DNA of 38,039 bases, from assembly GCF_000760515.2 (NCBI RefSeq), contig NW_013546367.1, positions 1 to 38,039 on the forward strand. Direction: 5' to 3'. Source of the stretch: Mitosporidium daphniae. Lineage: Eukaryota. Position 1 is the first letter of the stretch; each line of letters begins with the position of its first letter. Shown here in pieces: positions 10,371 through 23,443 of this stretch. Below the pieces are notes generated by a model. It was not told the DNA's origin. It searched no databases and saw only the letters and a list, made by a program, of their open reading frames with translations. Position numbers and translations under genes: made by a program.

Positions 10371-11160
10371 ATGGTGAGGCTCTCTTTGGATTTGATTGAG
10401 CACTCTCCGGTATTCACAAATGCCATTGGCGATCGAGAGCTTGACTTGCGGGGTATCCTTGTGTGCTGCTTACAGATTAGGTTGTAAAATTGTGGCAATT
10501 GAAAATCTGTCTTCGACCCGTGATCTCCACGATACCATTGATCTTTCGGACAACGAAATACGGGAGTTGGACAATGTTCCTCCTCTCTTCAGGTTGAAGC
10601 ACCTGTATCTCTCAAACAACAAAATATCAAAAATAGACCCTGCCCTTGCGCAACGGGTTCCGTTTCTGCACACGCTTATTCTAAGCGGAAATAATATTTC
10701 GGAGCTTACAGACCTGGTCCCTCTGGCCGGATGGTCTGATTTGAGGCATAAAAACACCTATTACAAACCCCAATTAGAGGGGCTTTCGTTGATCGATAAT
10801 CCAGTCTGCAAAAAACCCAACTACAGACATTTTCTGATTTCGCTGATCCCAAGCTTAAGGGTTTTGGATTATTGTAAGGTTACAGACAAGGTACGTTACG
10901 CCAACTTTTTCCAAGGAACGCAAATATGTGCAAGAATTGTTGCAATCTGGCGTTCTTTCCGCTTCAGATTCCTCCACCGCAGTTCTTGTCAAAAAACAAG
11001 ACGAATATTCGCAGCAGAAGAAGGAGCGGATGAAGGTATTTATTTGTGCGTCGGATTTATATTCTAGGCTGCCATTGCACAGGCAACGTCGCTCAGTGAG
11101 ATAAGGCATTTGGAACGCGCTTTCGCATCCGGCTACATTCCAGATGACCTCGCTAGCTGA
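10371..11160 (+). CDS. LEA1: U2 snRNP A' leucine-rich repeat protein
   Basis: MVRLSLDLIE..DRELDLRG|CKIVAIENL..DTIDLSDNEI..DNPVCKKPNYR..LRVLDY..KVTDK|ER, and C-terminal AAIAQATSLSEIRHLERAFASG after three short introns. Confidence 0.9.
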
Positions 11161-11224
11161 TAAACTTTAAAATTGCCAGCCCAGCCTTGTTTTTAATAAT
11201 ACACTTCTAAAATCAGACCGGCTT

Positions 11225-13413
11225 ATGATCTTGTTGTGCAAAAATATTTTTTCTTGCACCCGACAATATTCAGTGATGTCCACTCGTGCTTTTTTCAATG
11301 GCTTCCATCATATCGATGGGAGGGATATTAAGGTAGACTTTTCGCTTGATGCAAATGGCATCAAAGACAAGTGCAGGGATCTCATTTCTGCGGCCCAGAT
11401 GGCATACGATTCCATTTCGTCGCTTTCCGACACGTCGAGAACGTTTGAAAACACGGCAGAACCCATTTCACTTGTGGAGGGATATCTGGCTACTTTTTCT
11501 TCCTCGCTCACATTTCCCCAATATGTTTCTACAGATAAAAAGGTGCGAGACGCCTCCGTTGAGGCCAATAAGGCCATCGACGATTTTCTGGTCGAAGTAA
11601 GCATGCGCGAAGATTTGTATGCTGCCATTAAGGCCATCCCAGACGTCGAGCTGTGCAATGCAACGGATAAGCGTTTAGTTTCCCATATGCTTCGACGCTT
11701 TCGCCGCTCCGGGCTTGACCTTTCCGAAAAAAGCGATAGGGATCTGCTCAAGGAATGGAAAAAGCGAATTGCTGCCATGTCGATTGAGTTTTCCGCCACT
11801 ATTGGAGAAGATACGACCTCGTTGACCTTCACTCGAGCGCAACTAGATGGTCTTAGCGACAATCAGCTTTCTGCTTTTGAAAAGCATGGAGAGCTCTTTG
11901 TGGTTACCATGAAATACCCAGACTACAATGCCGTGCTAAAATACTGCAAGGTGGAAGATACTCGGAAGGCAATGAATTTGGCTTATTCAAGTCGCTGTAT
12001 TGAAAATGGGGAGCGCATCGTGGAGACCTTGAAACTGAGACACAAGTGTGCCACTCTGTTGAAGTACCCAGATCACGCTTCGTTTCAATTGGAAGAAAAA
12101 ATGGCCAAAAGCCCCGCTGAAGTGATGTCTTTTTTGGAAAAGATTTCGAAGCGCCTTACCCCACTGATTGAGCAGGAGCGCCTGTTGCTTCTCAAAGAAA
12201 AAGAGGCCGAAAAAGGGCCCTCGCCCGATCTAACCCTGGAGGCTCATGACTTTGCATATTACAACCGCATCCAGGCCGAGAAAATTGGCATCAATGAGGA
12301 AGAAATTTCAAAGCATTTTCCGCTCACCAAAGTTCTTTTGAAGATGCTTGAAATCTACGAGCGCGTGCTGTGTTTTCGCTTCAAAGAGATTCCAGCAGAC
12401 CATCTATCTTGGCATCCTGATGTTCGTCTGTATCAGGTCGGGGTTTCCTAATATAATTGATAGGCTTTGGACGGGAAAACAAACAATGTCATGGGATATT
12501 TCTTCATTGATCTTTTTCCACGAGAAGGCAAGTACAGTCATGCAGCTTGTTTTCCCCTCCAGCCTGGAATGATCGACATTTACGGCGAAAAGGACTCGAC
12601 GCCTCACTATCAGACTCCCGTTGCGGCAATGGTTGCCAATTTCACCAAACCAGATTCGGAAGGAGAGTCCCTTTTGAAGCATCAGGAGGTGGTCACGCTG
12701 TTCCACGAATTGGGGCACACAATGCACCACATCTGCTCTAAAAGCCGCTACTCAACATTCCATGGCTTTTCTGTTGAGGGAGATTTCGTGGAAGCCCCAT
12801 CCCAGATGCTGGAAAATTGGTGCTGGAACTCGCAATCCCTTTCATTCCTCACTGAAGACTCGCTGCTGGAATCGAGCTTGAAGGCTCTTTTGGCATCTAA
12901 AAACTTGAATACTGGGTTCCATTATCGGAGACAAATTTTCTTTGCAATATTTGATATGTCCCTGCATTCTATTTTTCCTGATGGCATTTCTCCGGATGGT
13001 TGGACCTATGCTTTGCTTGTAAAGCACTGGAAGGACCTTCGATTCGCCCTTACGGGAATCAAAGAAGATAAAGAAAGCTTTGGTGCAAACACCTTTGGCC
13101 ATCTGATGAGCGGATGTATTTTTGAGGATTACTTTAGCTTTTTTTAGATGATGCCGGCTATTATGGATATCTGTGGAGCCTTGTTATTTCGGAGGATTTG
13201 TTTGCAACTAAATTTAGCCATCCCGGCGCTGTGTTTGATGGCGAAGTTGGCCTTTCCTACCGCACTGAAATTTTGGAGCCTGGGTCGAACAAGTAGGCTT
13301 TTCTTCGCCCTTAACTTATCAGGGATGCTGCCGAAATGGTAAAATCGTTCTTGGGACGTCCGTTCAATGAAGCCGCTTTTTGCAAGTCTCTCGGAATCCC
13401 ATTAGATAATTAG
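11225..13413 (+). CDS. M3A metallopeptidase (thimet oligopeptidase/saccharolysin Prd1-like)
   Basis: FIDLFPREGKYSHAA, TLFHELGHTMH (HExxH), DFVEAPSQMLENW, FGHLMSG..AGYYGYLWS, SFLGRPFNEAAF. Three short introns. Confidence 0.92.
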
Positions 13414-13626
13414 CAGCCACCCTGAAGACACGGCCGCTATATGTTTCCAGTAAAGAATTCCATACACTTTCTTGAAAATGTCGATGCCTATCATCGGCAA
13501 CTATTTGGTTAAAGCTACGGTCGCCCATGCGCGAAACACACGTCAGACATGCATTGTCATTTGCCGATTGTCATTTGCCGCTAGCTGCACGCAGTTGTGG
13601 ATTTAGTTTATTCAAATTACTTTGCT

Positions 13627-16600
13627 TCAGTTGATACGCATGGAATCTCCTGGACGCGCCCACGAAGACGCCGATGCGGGCGAGATTGGCTGAGATACAG
13701 AGGGCGTCTGCGAAAACCGAGAAAAAGAGCCTATCTCCCTGATAGGCAATGGCGATCGTTCTGGATGCTCTATTGCAAGAAGATCAAGATCTTTGTCAAA
13801 GCGATTGCTTTCTAGATTGATATACTCATATAACGAATCTTCAGCAGAAAGTACGGGTGCCGCTGCATTAGGGTCGGCTGCCGGCGAAGCGGTTGCGATA
13901 AGTCTTTCAGAGGATTCGTTTTGGCCTCCCAATGGACGGATGTGGTGGATTTTTAAAGAGCCTCTCCCAAAAGCTACATCGAATTCGGTAACTCCCGGCA
14001 CTGTCCGGGCAAGTCGCTTCATGGTTGCCTCCATTGATTCTCCAGGATGGACAACAAAAAGCGATGGAACCCCAAAATATGATCGCGCTGTTGAGAACGA
14101 CGATGTCCTTGATGAGGGCATTAAAGAGAACTTTGAGGATGATGACGATGACGGCGATGAAGATGACGATGAAGACTGTGATGGCACATGTAGAGCGATC
14201 GCAGCACCAGCGGAAGGTCTGCTGTGCACTATTCGAATAATGTGATTAGAGCCATCATGATGCCGAAGGTCGACCAAATAAAGCAACGAACGCCCCCCAA
14301 CCACATCCAGTTTGTCCTCATGGCCAAATACGCGGACAACCATCCCATTCACGGTCTCCAAAAGCTTCAGGGATGACATTTCAGATGGGAGAAAGCTGGG
14401 AATAAAATCGATCAGCGAAAAGGTGTCGTGACAATCTTTAAAAGAGCACTTTACACGCTTGCGCAATTGAACCAGATAGTTGAGGGACATTTCAAGCGTA
14501 TCTTTGCCCAGAGAGGCACAAACAAACTCTCTGTGTGTCTGCCGGTAAAATAACACCTCCTGCCCAGAAGGCGGCACCGCAGTGGTGATTTGAATGCCCG
14601 ATTTCCGACGCGAAAGAATCCCCTTATACCCTGCCATAAAGACAACATCTCGGACACTAATTTTGTGCAAATTTTGATGAGGGAGCGTAATCCATTCATT
14701 GGACTGTGAAAGCAATTTAACATCGCCGACATCAGGAGCTGCCCCGTCAATCAGCAGCGGGAAAGAGGCAAAATCGAGCTTGCAAAGAAGATCACCTACA
14801 ATCAATAAATAAGCGTACCCAGTTGGACGGAGAGCGGAAAATGCACGTTCTCAATAATAGGCACTTCAACGCCCATATTTACCAAGGCCTCGCCAAAAAG
14901 CACCGAAAGACAAACGGTCGAAAATTGACGCTCAAAGGAGGACAAATCCATTCTGTTGAGAATTATAAGCACAACGCCGTCCATGCTAGACTCATCCAGC
15001 TGCGTGCCAATCGGCACGCAGGGATCGACAAAGCAAGAAGAGAGGGGGTCTCCGGCATCAATTTTTGCCTCCTCTACAAGAAGCCAATCAGATAGGTCTT
15101 CAATTTCGAGAGCAGATCGAATGGAATTCCCAATGGCGGAGTGTTTCCCCACCACCATGGAGGCCTGGAACCGCAACGAGCCATCCTGCACATCAAATGA
15201 CTTGATGAACAGCAAAACCTGGCCGGCTCGCTCAAGATTCTTTGGAGACCCCTCTCCTTGCGGAAAAAGAAGCTCTTCAGATCGAGGAACGTCATACTCG
15301 ATGCCATCATCTAAGGGACAGGCGCCATTTTTGCGATTGGATCCATCATCGCCACTGGATTGATCTGAATCCCCATCTATTTTACAGGTAAGATAGAGAA
15401 ACGCATTTGCGAGCTCCCCAAACGAGGTACCAAGGGATGTGATGGGTTGGATTTTTCTCTGCGCACCTTCTGCTCCTCCATGAGCCTCAATGAGATAGAA
15501 CAGCTGGCAGGAAACTGGAATTCCATATTCCTGCTCTAACTCCATGGCGAATGAGCCAAGCAGCTCAGAGGAGGGCTAAAAGTAAGAAAATGCGGGAAAA
15601 CCTTTGTGATGATGGTGGAAGACTCTAAAGCACTGTCAAGAGGAAGCCCGCGGTCCGAATATTCGCCAACCTCTCTTAGAACGGTGTCTGTGAGGAGCCT
15701 AACACTTGCAAGGGATTGATTTTGGTGCCGCCGTACGGTCTCCTCTTCGCAGGAAGATGAGTTTGATGGTGTAAGAACATGGTCTGGAGCTCTCGGGATA
15801 CCTCCGACCATTTCAATCCATCTAGATTCAAGGACATAGACGAGCATATACGCACTGGTGTGCCTCTTTATCATCACGCTGGCAGACATCTTGGATGAAG
15901 AATCTGCGCCAGAATGGGTCCCCAGCACCGATTGGGAGTTTCCAAAGTTTTCATCAATGGCCTCTTTGGCGGACACCGGATAAACGTTCTCATCATCGAA
16001 ACGTAGCCAACGACCCCACGATGAATTCGAATCATCACTAGAGGCTCCGCCTCGAATGAATGCATAATAGTGGCCTCCACCGACATCTCCAGAGTGTACC
16101 AATACTGCGTGCAGACGATACCGAAGCGAAGACTTTGGTGAATCGGAACATGGCGGTACCGCGGCTAAATTGGATGATTTCTGCATAGCCATGGAAGAAG
16201 CAGATGCACCATTGCCCAGCATGACAAAAGGAGCCATGTCAAGCACTTCTGGAAACTCGAACCGATCGTTGATCTAAATTGAGGAGGCCATCGCGGTACC
16301 TTGACCACTCGATCGCGTTCAAAATCGTACTCAAATCGCTTCAGCTGGATGTGCAGCACGGGAGGCAGCGTGGCAAACACAACTCCAAGCTTTGCCTCTT
16401 GAAGCCCATAGCCTTCGGCATTGTATGAATTTTCGCCAACCAGAAACTCTGGCTCCACAAAAGCGGCAAGGGAGCGCTCGAGTGATGGCATTCCTTTAAC
16501 GGTCACTGCGACATCGTAAAAAGGCTCTTTCCCCGTGCTCTCAAAAGGCACATTGAGACACCGCACATAGCGAAGCGTCTCGCCCCTGAAGATCTCGTCG

Positions 16601-18123
16601 AGCGCCTTTTCGACAGGTGTATCTTTCATCTTGCGCTCAAGAGCATCCATCAGTAAGCGCGAAAACTCTTGCACATCCTACAATAAAAAAGGCACCAATA
16701 CTCGCTGGTAAAACGATTCGATCGATTTCCATCCAAAGGAACGCGTGAGCTCCGTCGTCGAAACGGCCCCCTCTGCGACTTGAAGTGAATAGAAAAGTCG
16801 TTGCAGTGCCAGAGGAATATTGCTGGTATCGGCACAAGCTGTCTCTGTGACCGGAATTCCAAATGTAGCCGCGCGAAACGCCGTAACCATGAATAGCGAC
16901 TGGAGCAATGAGTTCATGTAGCACGTGGCACCCTGATTTCGCAACCCAACATAGCCACATTCGCGCCTCGAATCGTAAGAAAGCGGGTCAATCCAAAGAT
17001 TACCAACCGGGTCATTAATGGTTCGGATCAGGGCCACAACTTTAAGCTCGCATTGCGGCTCTGCTCTGCAGCAAACTCGCAAAAGACGCGCCGTCGGAAC
17101 AAAGGAAAGATATCCCCAATCCTGACAATCTAAAAAGGAAGTTTGAAGCACTGAAGCAGATGCGTGAGAACCAGATGATGTCATAGACAAGGCAGGGTGC
17201 GCTACAGAAGCCCCGATAAATCGGTGGTTGTTTGTACGTTGCAGAAGCACCTCTGATGCAGAAGGTACCACAATGGAAAGGCTGAACTGCACACATAGTG
17301 TCGCTTTATCTGCAGTCGTTGGGGCCCGCTGAGGGACCACGCGCATCAAATACAGCGACACCTGAGATGCGCTTGTGGATGCACTTGGCCCAGAGCGTGG
17401 ATACAAAAGCAGCTTCCAGTATGAATCGTCGTCCATTTTAAAGACGGGCGAGCAAAGCTCTTTGTGTTTGAAGAGGGAAAGAAAGTTCGGAATCGACCAC
17501 ACAAAGTAGCCTTCTGAGGATACCTCCAAAGAGTCGTCACCGATTGGCGGCAATTCTATTGTATTATAAGCATGCGCCTCACCGCTGATAGGACAATGGT
17601 CTTTCTCCAGCGTCTGCATCAAATTACGGCCATATGTGGAGATCAGCCCAGATTCCAGTTTGCTCTCAAGCATTGGGATACGCAAAAGAGCCTCGACCTC
17701 ATCATTGCCGGCCTTGAACCCCTTTTCTTGATCGTCCTGAACGTCCTCAATGTCAGACTCTGAAGAGGAGAGGACCATTTGAGCTTGATTGTGGTCTTGG
17801 ACGCCTGATTCTTGAGCAGCATATGACCGAGATTCTTGTGTGTGTTGCCGCTTCGGAGATCCAAGCTCCATGCCCCTGCAATATGAAGGAACAAAAGAGG
17901 ATGGAATCTCCGCCTCCGCCTCCCAACTGACGCCATTGTGGAGATATGTTGCGAGTCCCGCATTTGATTGAGGCAATCCAGTCCCGGGAAGATCTTGTGG
18001 CGAAACTGCGCCGTCAAAAGCACCATTTTCTGCTATTTTGGCTGTATTTGGAACATTGCCCTCTGCCTGTCGATTCTTGTGGGAAGAGAAATTGTCGCCG
18101 TGATAAGAATTTGATGGGGGCAT
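13627..18123 (-). CDS. UBP15: Ubiquitin-specific protease USP7/Ubp15 (MATH + USP catalytic + C-terminal UBL region), several introns
   Basis: MATH (FVWSIPNF..WKLLLYPR..DWGYLSF), GYVGLRNQGATCYMNSLLQ, LPPVLHIQLKRFEYD, LHAVLVHSGDVGGGHYY, WLRFDD, SAYMLVY. The downstream ORFs are joined by short introns. Confidence 0.9.
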
Positions 18124-18191
18124 GCCCAGAAATTGAGTAATTAAAAATAAAGTTTAGCGAAAATTTAACTTTTCGGCCAATTTTTCAGGTT

Positions 18192-21100
18192 ATGCAGTCG
18201 CCGGCATCATCGGCATCATCGGCATCATCGGCTGTTGATCTTGCCTCGAAAGTGCAAGGGGAGGCTGCAGATGAAGAGACAAATTCCGAAGATGTTTATT
18301 TGGTAGAGCGAATTTTGGATGAAATTTCTGATGATGACGGGGTTATTTATTTCCTTGTCAAGTGGCAGGGATATCCAACGGAAGACGCTACATGGGAGCC
18401 GCAAGAGAACATCATCGACGAGGGCCTGATTGCAGAATGGAGATCCAGAAAGGCGCCTCCAAGTTCTGCAGCGTCTAAGAGATTCTGCCTCGACAACGAC
18501 CTCAACACTGTTAAAAAGAAAAAAAACAAGCATATTACGAGGGAGCAAAGAAAGTTTGATGCTCGATCAGAAAAAAAAGCCGCCATCAAGCTGAAAGAAG
18601 AGATTCCGGGTATGAAACAAAAAACTCCACAACCTGTCAGCTCACCGGATTCGAATAACACCATAAATGAACAGCACGAAATATCGAAAGCCCAAATGTC
18701 TACGCATTCTCAAGAATCCTCGCAAAGGGATAGCGAAAAGGTTCCACGGCACCTTTCACTCGCCATCTCCGTAAACATGGACCCAGTAAAGTGGATTTCC
18801 GAGGTCAGGCAAGCTTCCAATGCATCCATTGGCATGATCTCTTTTCTCGACGCAAAAAGTAGACACGAATCCAAGTTCAAGGAATGGGTCGCCTGCCAAT
18901 CCGCCAAGATACTCATTTTTTGTCCAACATCGCTGATGGAAGAGTGGCGCGTCGTGTCGCGATCGTCGTCGGCATCCTGTCGCCTTCGTATAGAACCTCC
19001 TTCAGCGGCATTTTCTCTCTCTTCGATGCAGAAAAAATGGGAATTTATTGTCCTGGTAGATCCGGCGTTGAAACTTATTAACCGGCCCAGTTTTGATGAA
19101 ATTCTTTCTATCAAGCACGGCTTTCTTTTGGTTGTCACAAAAATTCCAATTGCAGAGCAGGAGCTGCTGATAGACGATCCTGCGATCGCCAAACTTACTT
19201 CTACTTTTTGTCAGCTTCCATTGTTAAGGTTTTTGCCGCAAAAAATCAAGACTTCCAAGAAAGCCCCTAAATTGGAACATACATCTTCTGCATCTTCACA
19301 ATCATCCTCTGGAGGTGACATGCACATGCCCGAAACATTAAAAGTCTCTTCTTTCAAAACGCCATTGCATACGCAAAGTCAAACTTCAGACACACACAAC
19401 ACAAGGTCTAAACCCCAAGAGTCGGGCATCAAGCAACAGCCGCCAAAAAAGCTTCCTCCCCTGCTCACTGCAGAGCTAGCAGAGCTATTTTCTCAGTGTG
19501 ACGACAGCCAAGATTCACCTTCCAGAATTGCACTGCCAAATAGCGGATTGGAAATTCCAAAAGCATCTTTCCCTTTTCACGAAATATCTGTCGACAAGGA
19601 CTGTGATTCCGAGCCTCCCCCTCTTCCAAAAACCTCCAATCAACAACAGACCGCACAAAATGGTACTAAAATTACCACTTTACAGCAGGAAACCTCTCCG
19701 CTTTCTCTTCCTAAAGAATTATTGGTCCCAAGCTTCCGGGATCAACCAGCTACCGTGCTGCCAACACAATCCTCAATACTGCCACCGACACAAATACAAA
19801 TTCCAACAGAGGATCAAATCAACCAAAGCATTCCACGAGCATTTTCTGAAATTCCAAAAACACATTGCTCAACCGTGACGCCCATTAACCCAACAGGCTC
19901 AACCGTGACGCCCATTAACCCAACAGGCTCAACAGTATCTACGGATGCAATATCGCCTGGCGAACAAGCAGTAATGAAAGCTACATCTGTTTCGATGAGC
20001 TCAAATGCTTTAGCATTACTCTGTGCACGCCCGGAAAATCCGACTGCAGCATGCAACTCTTTGCAGATTTTGACCTTTTCTCCAGTAGCACTGGCCGATT
20101 ACATCAATCGTGCAAAGCAAATCTCAGAAGATGCCAAGAAGGCTCTGTTGATGATCATCAATCCACAAGAAGGTGCATGGACCCTTTCCTTGCAGCCGAT
20201 CGCAATTGCTGAGCTTCCGTCAATTCTTTTTCAATTCATCTCGCAAGCACAACGGAGACAAGCCCAGGGTTGGCTTTTTCTTGCCCTACACACTAAAACC
20301 GAAACATTTCGCGCTGTTTTCATACCCAAAGAGCTTCTCAACGATTTGCGCCTGACGGCCATTGGTACCCAATCGACCGCGATTCCACAGATTCTCTCTT
20401 CATCTGCTCATCAAATTTTGACCGCACCATCATCAAAACTTCCCGTTTCTGCCGAAAAAAATACACATGTTCCTGCCCAGGACACTGGTGTACCTTCAAA
20501 GCGATCTGGGACTTGGCCTTCATCCCCACGTTCCATACCAGCCCCCATGACCCCGTTATGCGTGGACGATACTGTACCATCTCAAGTCGGCACCCCTTTA
20601 AAAGCTTGCTCGATGCAGTCATTGAAGACAAAGCCGGCGCCTCTCGCTCCTACGTCCTCATCTCTTCCACAAAGTGAATCCGTCCACGTGGTGAGAAATC
20701 AAGGGCATGCAAAACCCCTTAACATTCCTATTGAAACACCTGTGGCTCCAAAGTACCCGCATCATATTGAAGAGCTACTCCCACAGGCGCGTATTGTTGC
20801 CTCTGTATCTACACTGGCGTGTACGTCTGTCGAGCCCCTCATGCCGGTGGCAAGTGAAAATCACCATGCACCAGCTGTAATTAGTACTATATTGCCGCCC
20901 CCAGTAGTGGCGCATCCTGCCTCAACTGCTGTTGAGGCGGAAATATTGCCCTCGCCGACGCCGATAACGTCAAAAACAAAAATTTCAGAACGTAAGTTGC
21001 CGCACAAATGCCACTGGATTGGATGCTACTTTTCCACAGCCCATTGGAATCTTCTCAAGGAGCACATGGGGCTTCATCTACCCGTATCGCCGCCATGCCA

Positions 21101-21296
21101 ACTTGATGGAGAAGGCGTTAATAGATATGTGTCTGAGCCTCCAGAGTCGCTTCTGGCGCTTCAGGCAAGATGCCTGGCTACTTATCAACAATGGTCTCTG
21201 CAGCTGCTGACCGAAAATGACCGGCTTAAGTGCTCAATTGATATTTTAAAGACTCAAGTTGCTTCTCTTCTTGCCCGATCGCAAAGCAAACGTTAG
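18192..21296 (+). CDS. Large chromodomain protein with a degenerate SNF2-like segment, low-complexity middle, C2H2 finger and C-terminal coiled coil
   Basis: Chromodomain YLVERILDE..YFLVKWQGYPTEDATWEPQENI. C2H2-like CHWIGCYFSTAHWNLLKEHMGLH. Uninterrupted 1034-aa ORF. Confidence 0.8.
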   Translation: MQSPASSASSASSAVDLASKVQGEAADEETNSEDVYLVERILDEISDDDGVIYFLVKWQGYPTEDATWEPQENIIDEGLIAEWRSRKAPPSSAASKRFCLDNDLNTVKKKKNKHITREQRKFDARSEKKAAIKLKEEIPGMKQKTPQPVSSPDSNNTINEQHEISKAQMSTHSQESSQRDSEKVPRHLSLAISVNMDPVKWISEVRQASNASIGMISFLDAKSRHESKFKEWVACQSAKILIFCPTSLMEEWRVVSRSSSASCRLRIEPPSAAFSLSSMQKKWEFIVLVDPALKLINRPSFDEILSIKHGFLLVVTKIPIAEQELLIDDPAIAKLTSTFCQLPLLRFLPQKIKTSKKAPKLEHTSSASSQSSSGGDMHMPETLKVSSFKTPLHTQSQTSDTHNTRSKPQESGIKQQPPKKLPPLLTAELAELFSQCDDSQDSPSRIALPNSGLEIPKASFPFHEISVDKDCDSEPPPLPKTSNQQQTAQNGTKITTLQQETSPLSLPKELLVPSFRDQPATVLPTQSSILPPTQIQIPTEDQINQSIPRAFSEIPKTHCSTVTPINPTGSTVTPINPTGSTVSTDAISPGEQAVMKATSVSMSSNALALLCARPENPTAACNSLQILTFSPVALADYINRAKQISEDAKKALLMIINPQEGAWTLSLQPIAIAELPSILFQFISQAQRRQAQGWLFLALHTKTETFRAVFIPKELLNDLRLTAIGTQSTAIPQILSSSAHQILTAPSSKLPVSAEKNTHVPAQDTGVPSKRSGTWPSSPRSIPAPMTPLCVDDTVPSQVGTPLKACSMQSLKTKPAPLAPTSSSLPQSESVHVVRNQGHAKPLNIPIETPVAPKYPHHIEELLPQARIVASVSTLACTSVEPLMPVASENHHAPAVISTILPPPVVAHPASTAVEAEILPSPTPITSKTKISERKLPHKCHWIGCYFSTAHWNLLKEHMGLHLPVSPPCQLDGEGVNRYVSEPPESLLALQARCLATYQQWSLQLLTENDRLKCSIDILKTQVASLLARSQSKR
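19867..19933 (+). repeat. Perfect 30-nt coding tandem duplication (STVTPINPTG x2)
   Basis: gctcaaccgtgacgcccattaacccaacag occurs twice plus a partial third copy. Confidence 0.95.
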
Positions 21297-21472
21297 ACCA
21301 CCCCCTGTACCTTAACCTTGTGGAATTTGATTCAAATATATTTTGAACGACCTCGCAATTTTATGTGGCCACGCCTCCCCTGTTGCAAAGCCACTAGAGT
21401 GGGGAGGGTTAGGGTTAACGCTAAATTTATATTTTGTATCCATAAGTGTATTAGATAGATGGTGTGGACTTG

Positions 21473-23443
21473 TTAGTCGACCTCTTCAATGGTTGGGCCG
21501 TTGGCATCTGCAGCAGCAGATCCAGAAGCTCCAGGGGCACCTGGGAAGCCACCGGCGGGGAAGCCACCAGGCATACCACCTTCTGGCATGCCTCCAGTTG
21601 CACCGTAAATTTTGGAAAGAATGGGATTAGCAATTTCTTCCAACTCTTTCTTTTTATCTTCATAAGCATCCTTCTCAAGCGTTTGGTTTTGGTCCAGCCA
21701 CTTGACGGCCTCATCGATGGCAGAGTCAAGGGTTTTCCTTTCGTCGGCAGAAAGCTTTTCCGAAATGTTTTTCTCCTGGAGAGAGTTCTTGAGACTGTAA
21801 GTGTATGACTCGAGCGAATTGCGGGAAGTAACGCGATCAGCGACCGCCTCATCTTCTTTGCGGAACTTTTCGGCTTCGCTAATCATGCGCTCAATTTCAT
21901 CCTTGGAAAGACGGCCCTTATCGTTGGTGATAACGATCTTGTTAGAGCGACCGGTGGTCTTATCAACGGCAGAGACATTGAGAATGCCATTAGCATCGAT
22001 GTCGAATGAAACCTCAATTTGGGGCACACCACGGGGGGCTGGTGGAATACCGTCCAACTCGAACTTGCCCAGCAAATGATTGTCTTTGGTCATGGTGCGC
22101 TCGCCTTCAAAGACTTGAATAAGAACTCCGGGTTGGTTGTCAGAATACGTGGAAAATACCTGGGCTTTTTTCGTAGGAATCGTTGTGTTGCGAGTGATAA
22201 GGGGGGTCATGACACCTCCGGCAGTCTCGATACCGAGAGACAAGGGAGCGACATCCAAAAGCAAGATATCTTGGGTCTTTTCCGAAATATCGCCATTAAG
22301 GATGGAAGCCTGGACGGCTGCACCATAAGCAACAGCCTCGTCAGGATTGATGCTCTTGTTGAGCTCCTTTCCATTGAAAAAGTCTTGCACCAGCTTCTGG
22401 ATTCTGGGAATGCGGGTGGAGCCACCGACAAGGACAATTTCGTCAACCTGATTTTTGGACTTTTGAGAATCCTTAAGAACCTTTTCCACGGGATCAAGCG
22501 TAGAGCGGAAGAGGTCCTGGCAAAGCTCCTCAAAGCGAGCACGAGTGATGGAGGTGTAGAAATCAATGCCCTCAAATAGAGAGTCGATTTCAACGGAAGC
22601 GGTTGTGGCTGAGGACAAGGTGCGCTTAGCACGCTCGCAGGCTGTACGAAGACGGCGGATGGCACGTGCGTTTCCAGAGATGTCTTTTTTGTGCTTGCGC
22701 TTGAATTCCTCGACAAAATGGCTAACCATTCTGGAATCAAAGTCTTCTCCTCCAAGATGCGTGTCACCAGCGGTTGCCTTTACTTCAAAGACACCACCTT
22801 CCATGGAGAGCAAAGAAACATCAAAAGTACCACCACCCAAATCAAAGATCAGCACAATACGCTCGGTCTTGTCAGATTGTTTATCGAGACCATAAGCGAT
22901 GGCTGCAGCGGTGGGCTCGTTGATGATGCGGAGCACATTGAGACCGGCAATAGCACCGGCATCCTTGGTTGCTTGGCGCTGAGAATCGTTGAAATAGGCA
23001 GGAACCGTGATCACAGCATTGGTGATCGTAGTACCGAGATATGCTTCAGCAGTCTCCTTCATTTTGATGAGGATCATGGAAGAAAGCTCTTCGGGAGTAA
23101 ACTCCTTCTTTTCGCTCTTGAATTCAACGCTAATCTTGGGCTTGGTGTTGGCATCAACGACCTTGAATGGCCAATGCTTCATATCAGACTGGACAATTGG
23201 ATCGTCAAAACGACGGCCAATCAGACGCTTAGCGTCGAAGACTGTATTTTCTGGGTTCATGGCAGCCTGATTTTTGGCACCATCTCCGATAAGACGCTCA
23301 GTGTCTGTGAATGCGACATAGGAGGGAGTTGTCCTGTTTCCCTGATCATTTGCAATGATCTCGACGTGATCTCCAATAAGGACACCAACGCAGGAGTAGG
23401 TGGTTCCCAAATCAATACCAATAGCGGGCGATTTTTTTGACAT
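21473..23443 (-). CDS. HSP70: Cytosolic Hsp70 (Ssa-type), intronless
   Basis: [22 protein letters not shown]-terminal [14 protein letters not shown]. The likely start is MSKKSPAIG at 23443. Confidence 0.98.
   Translation of the reverse strand: MSKKSPAIGIDLGTTYSCVGVLIGDHVEIIANDQGNRTTPSYVAFTDTERLIGDGAKNQAAMNPENTVFDAKRLIGRRFDDPIVQSDMKHWPFKVVDANTKPKISVEFKSEKKEFTPEELSSMILIKMKETAEAYLGTTITNAVITVPAYFNDSQRQATKDAGAIAGLNVLRIINEPTAAAIAYGLDKQSDKTERIVLIFDLGGGTFDVSLLSMEGGVFEVKATAGDTHLGGEDFDSRMVSHFVEEFKRKHKKDISGNARAIRRLRTACERAKRTLSSATTASVEIDSLFEGIDFYTSITRARFEELCQDLFRSTLDPVEKVLKDSQKSKNQVDEIVLVGGSTRIPRIQKLVQDFFNGKELNKSINPDEAVAYGAAVQASILNGDISEKTQDILLLDVAPLSLGIETAGGVMTPLITRNTTIPTKKAQVFSTYSDNQPGVLIQVFEGERTMTKDNHLLGKFELDGIPPAPRGVPQIEVSFDIDANGILNVSAVDKTTGRSNKIVITNDKGRLSKDEIERMISEAEKFRKEDEAVADRVTSRNSLESYTYSLKNSLQEKNISEKLSADERKTLDSAIDEAVKWLDQNQTLEKDAYEDKKKELEEIANPILSKIYGATGGMPEGGMPGGFPAGGFPGAPGASGSAAADANGPTIEEVD

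Noticed and set aside
13553..13580. 14-nt direct repeat attgtcatttgccg x2 in a convergent gap
   Set aside because: A simple slippage duplication with no terminal repeats or element between the copies.
16660..16715. USP7 QHDVQE motif reads QRDVQE after splicing, suggesting inactivation
   Set aside because: The catalytic Cys, His and Asp boxes are intact. A single switching-loop substitution is not evidence of lost function.
21464..23440. Long plus-strand ORFs antisense to Hsp70 (e.g. 22019-22579, 22691-23440)
   Set aside because: Well-known shadow ORFs caused by Hsp70 codon bias. There are no independent motifs.
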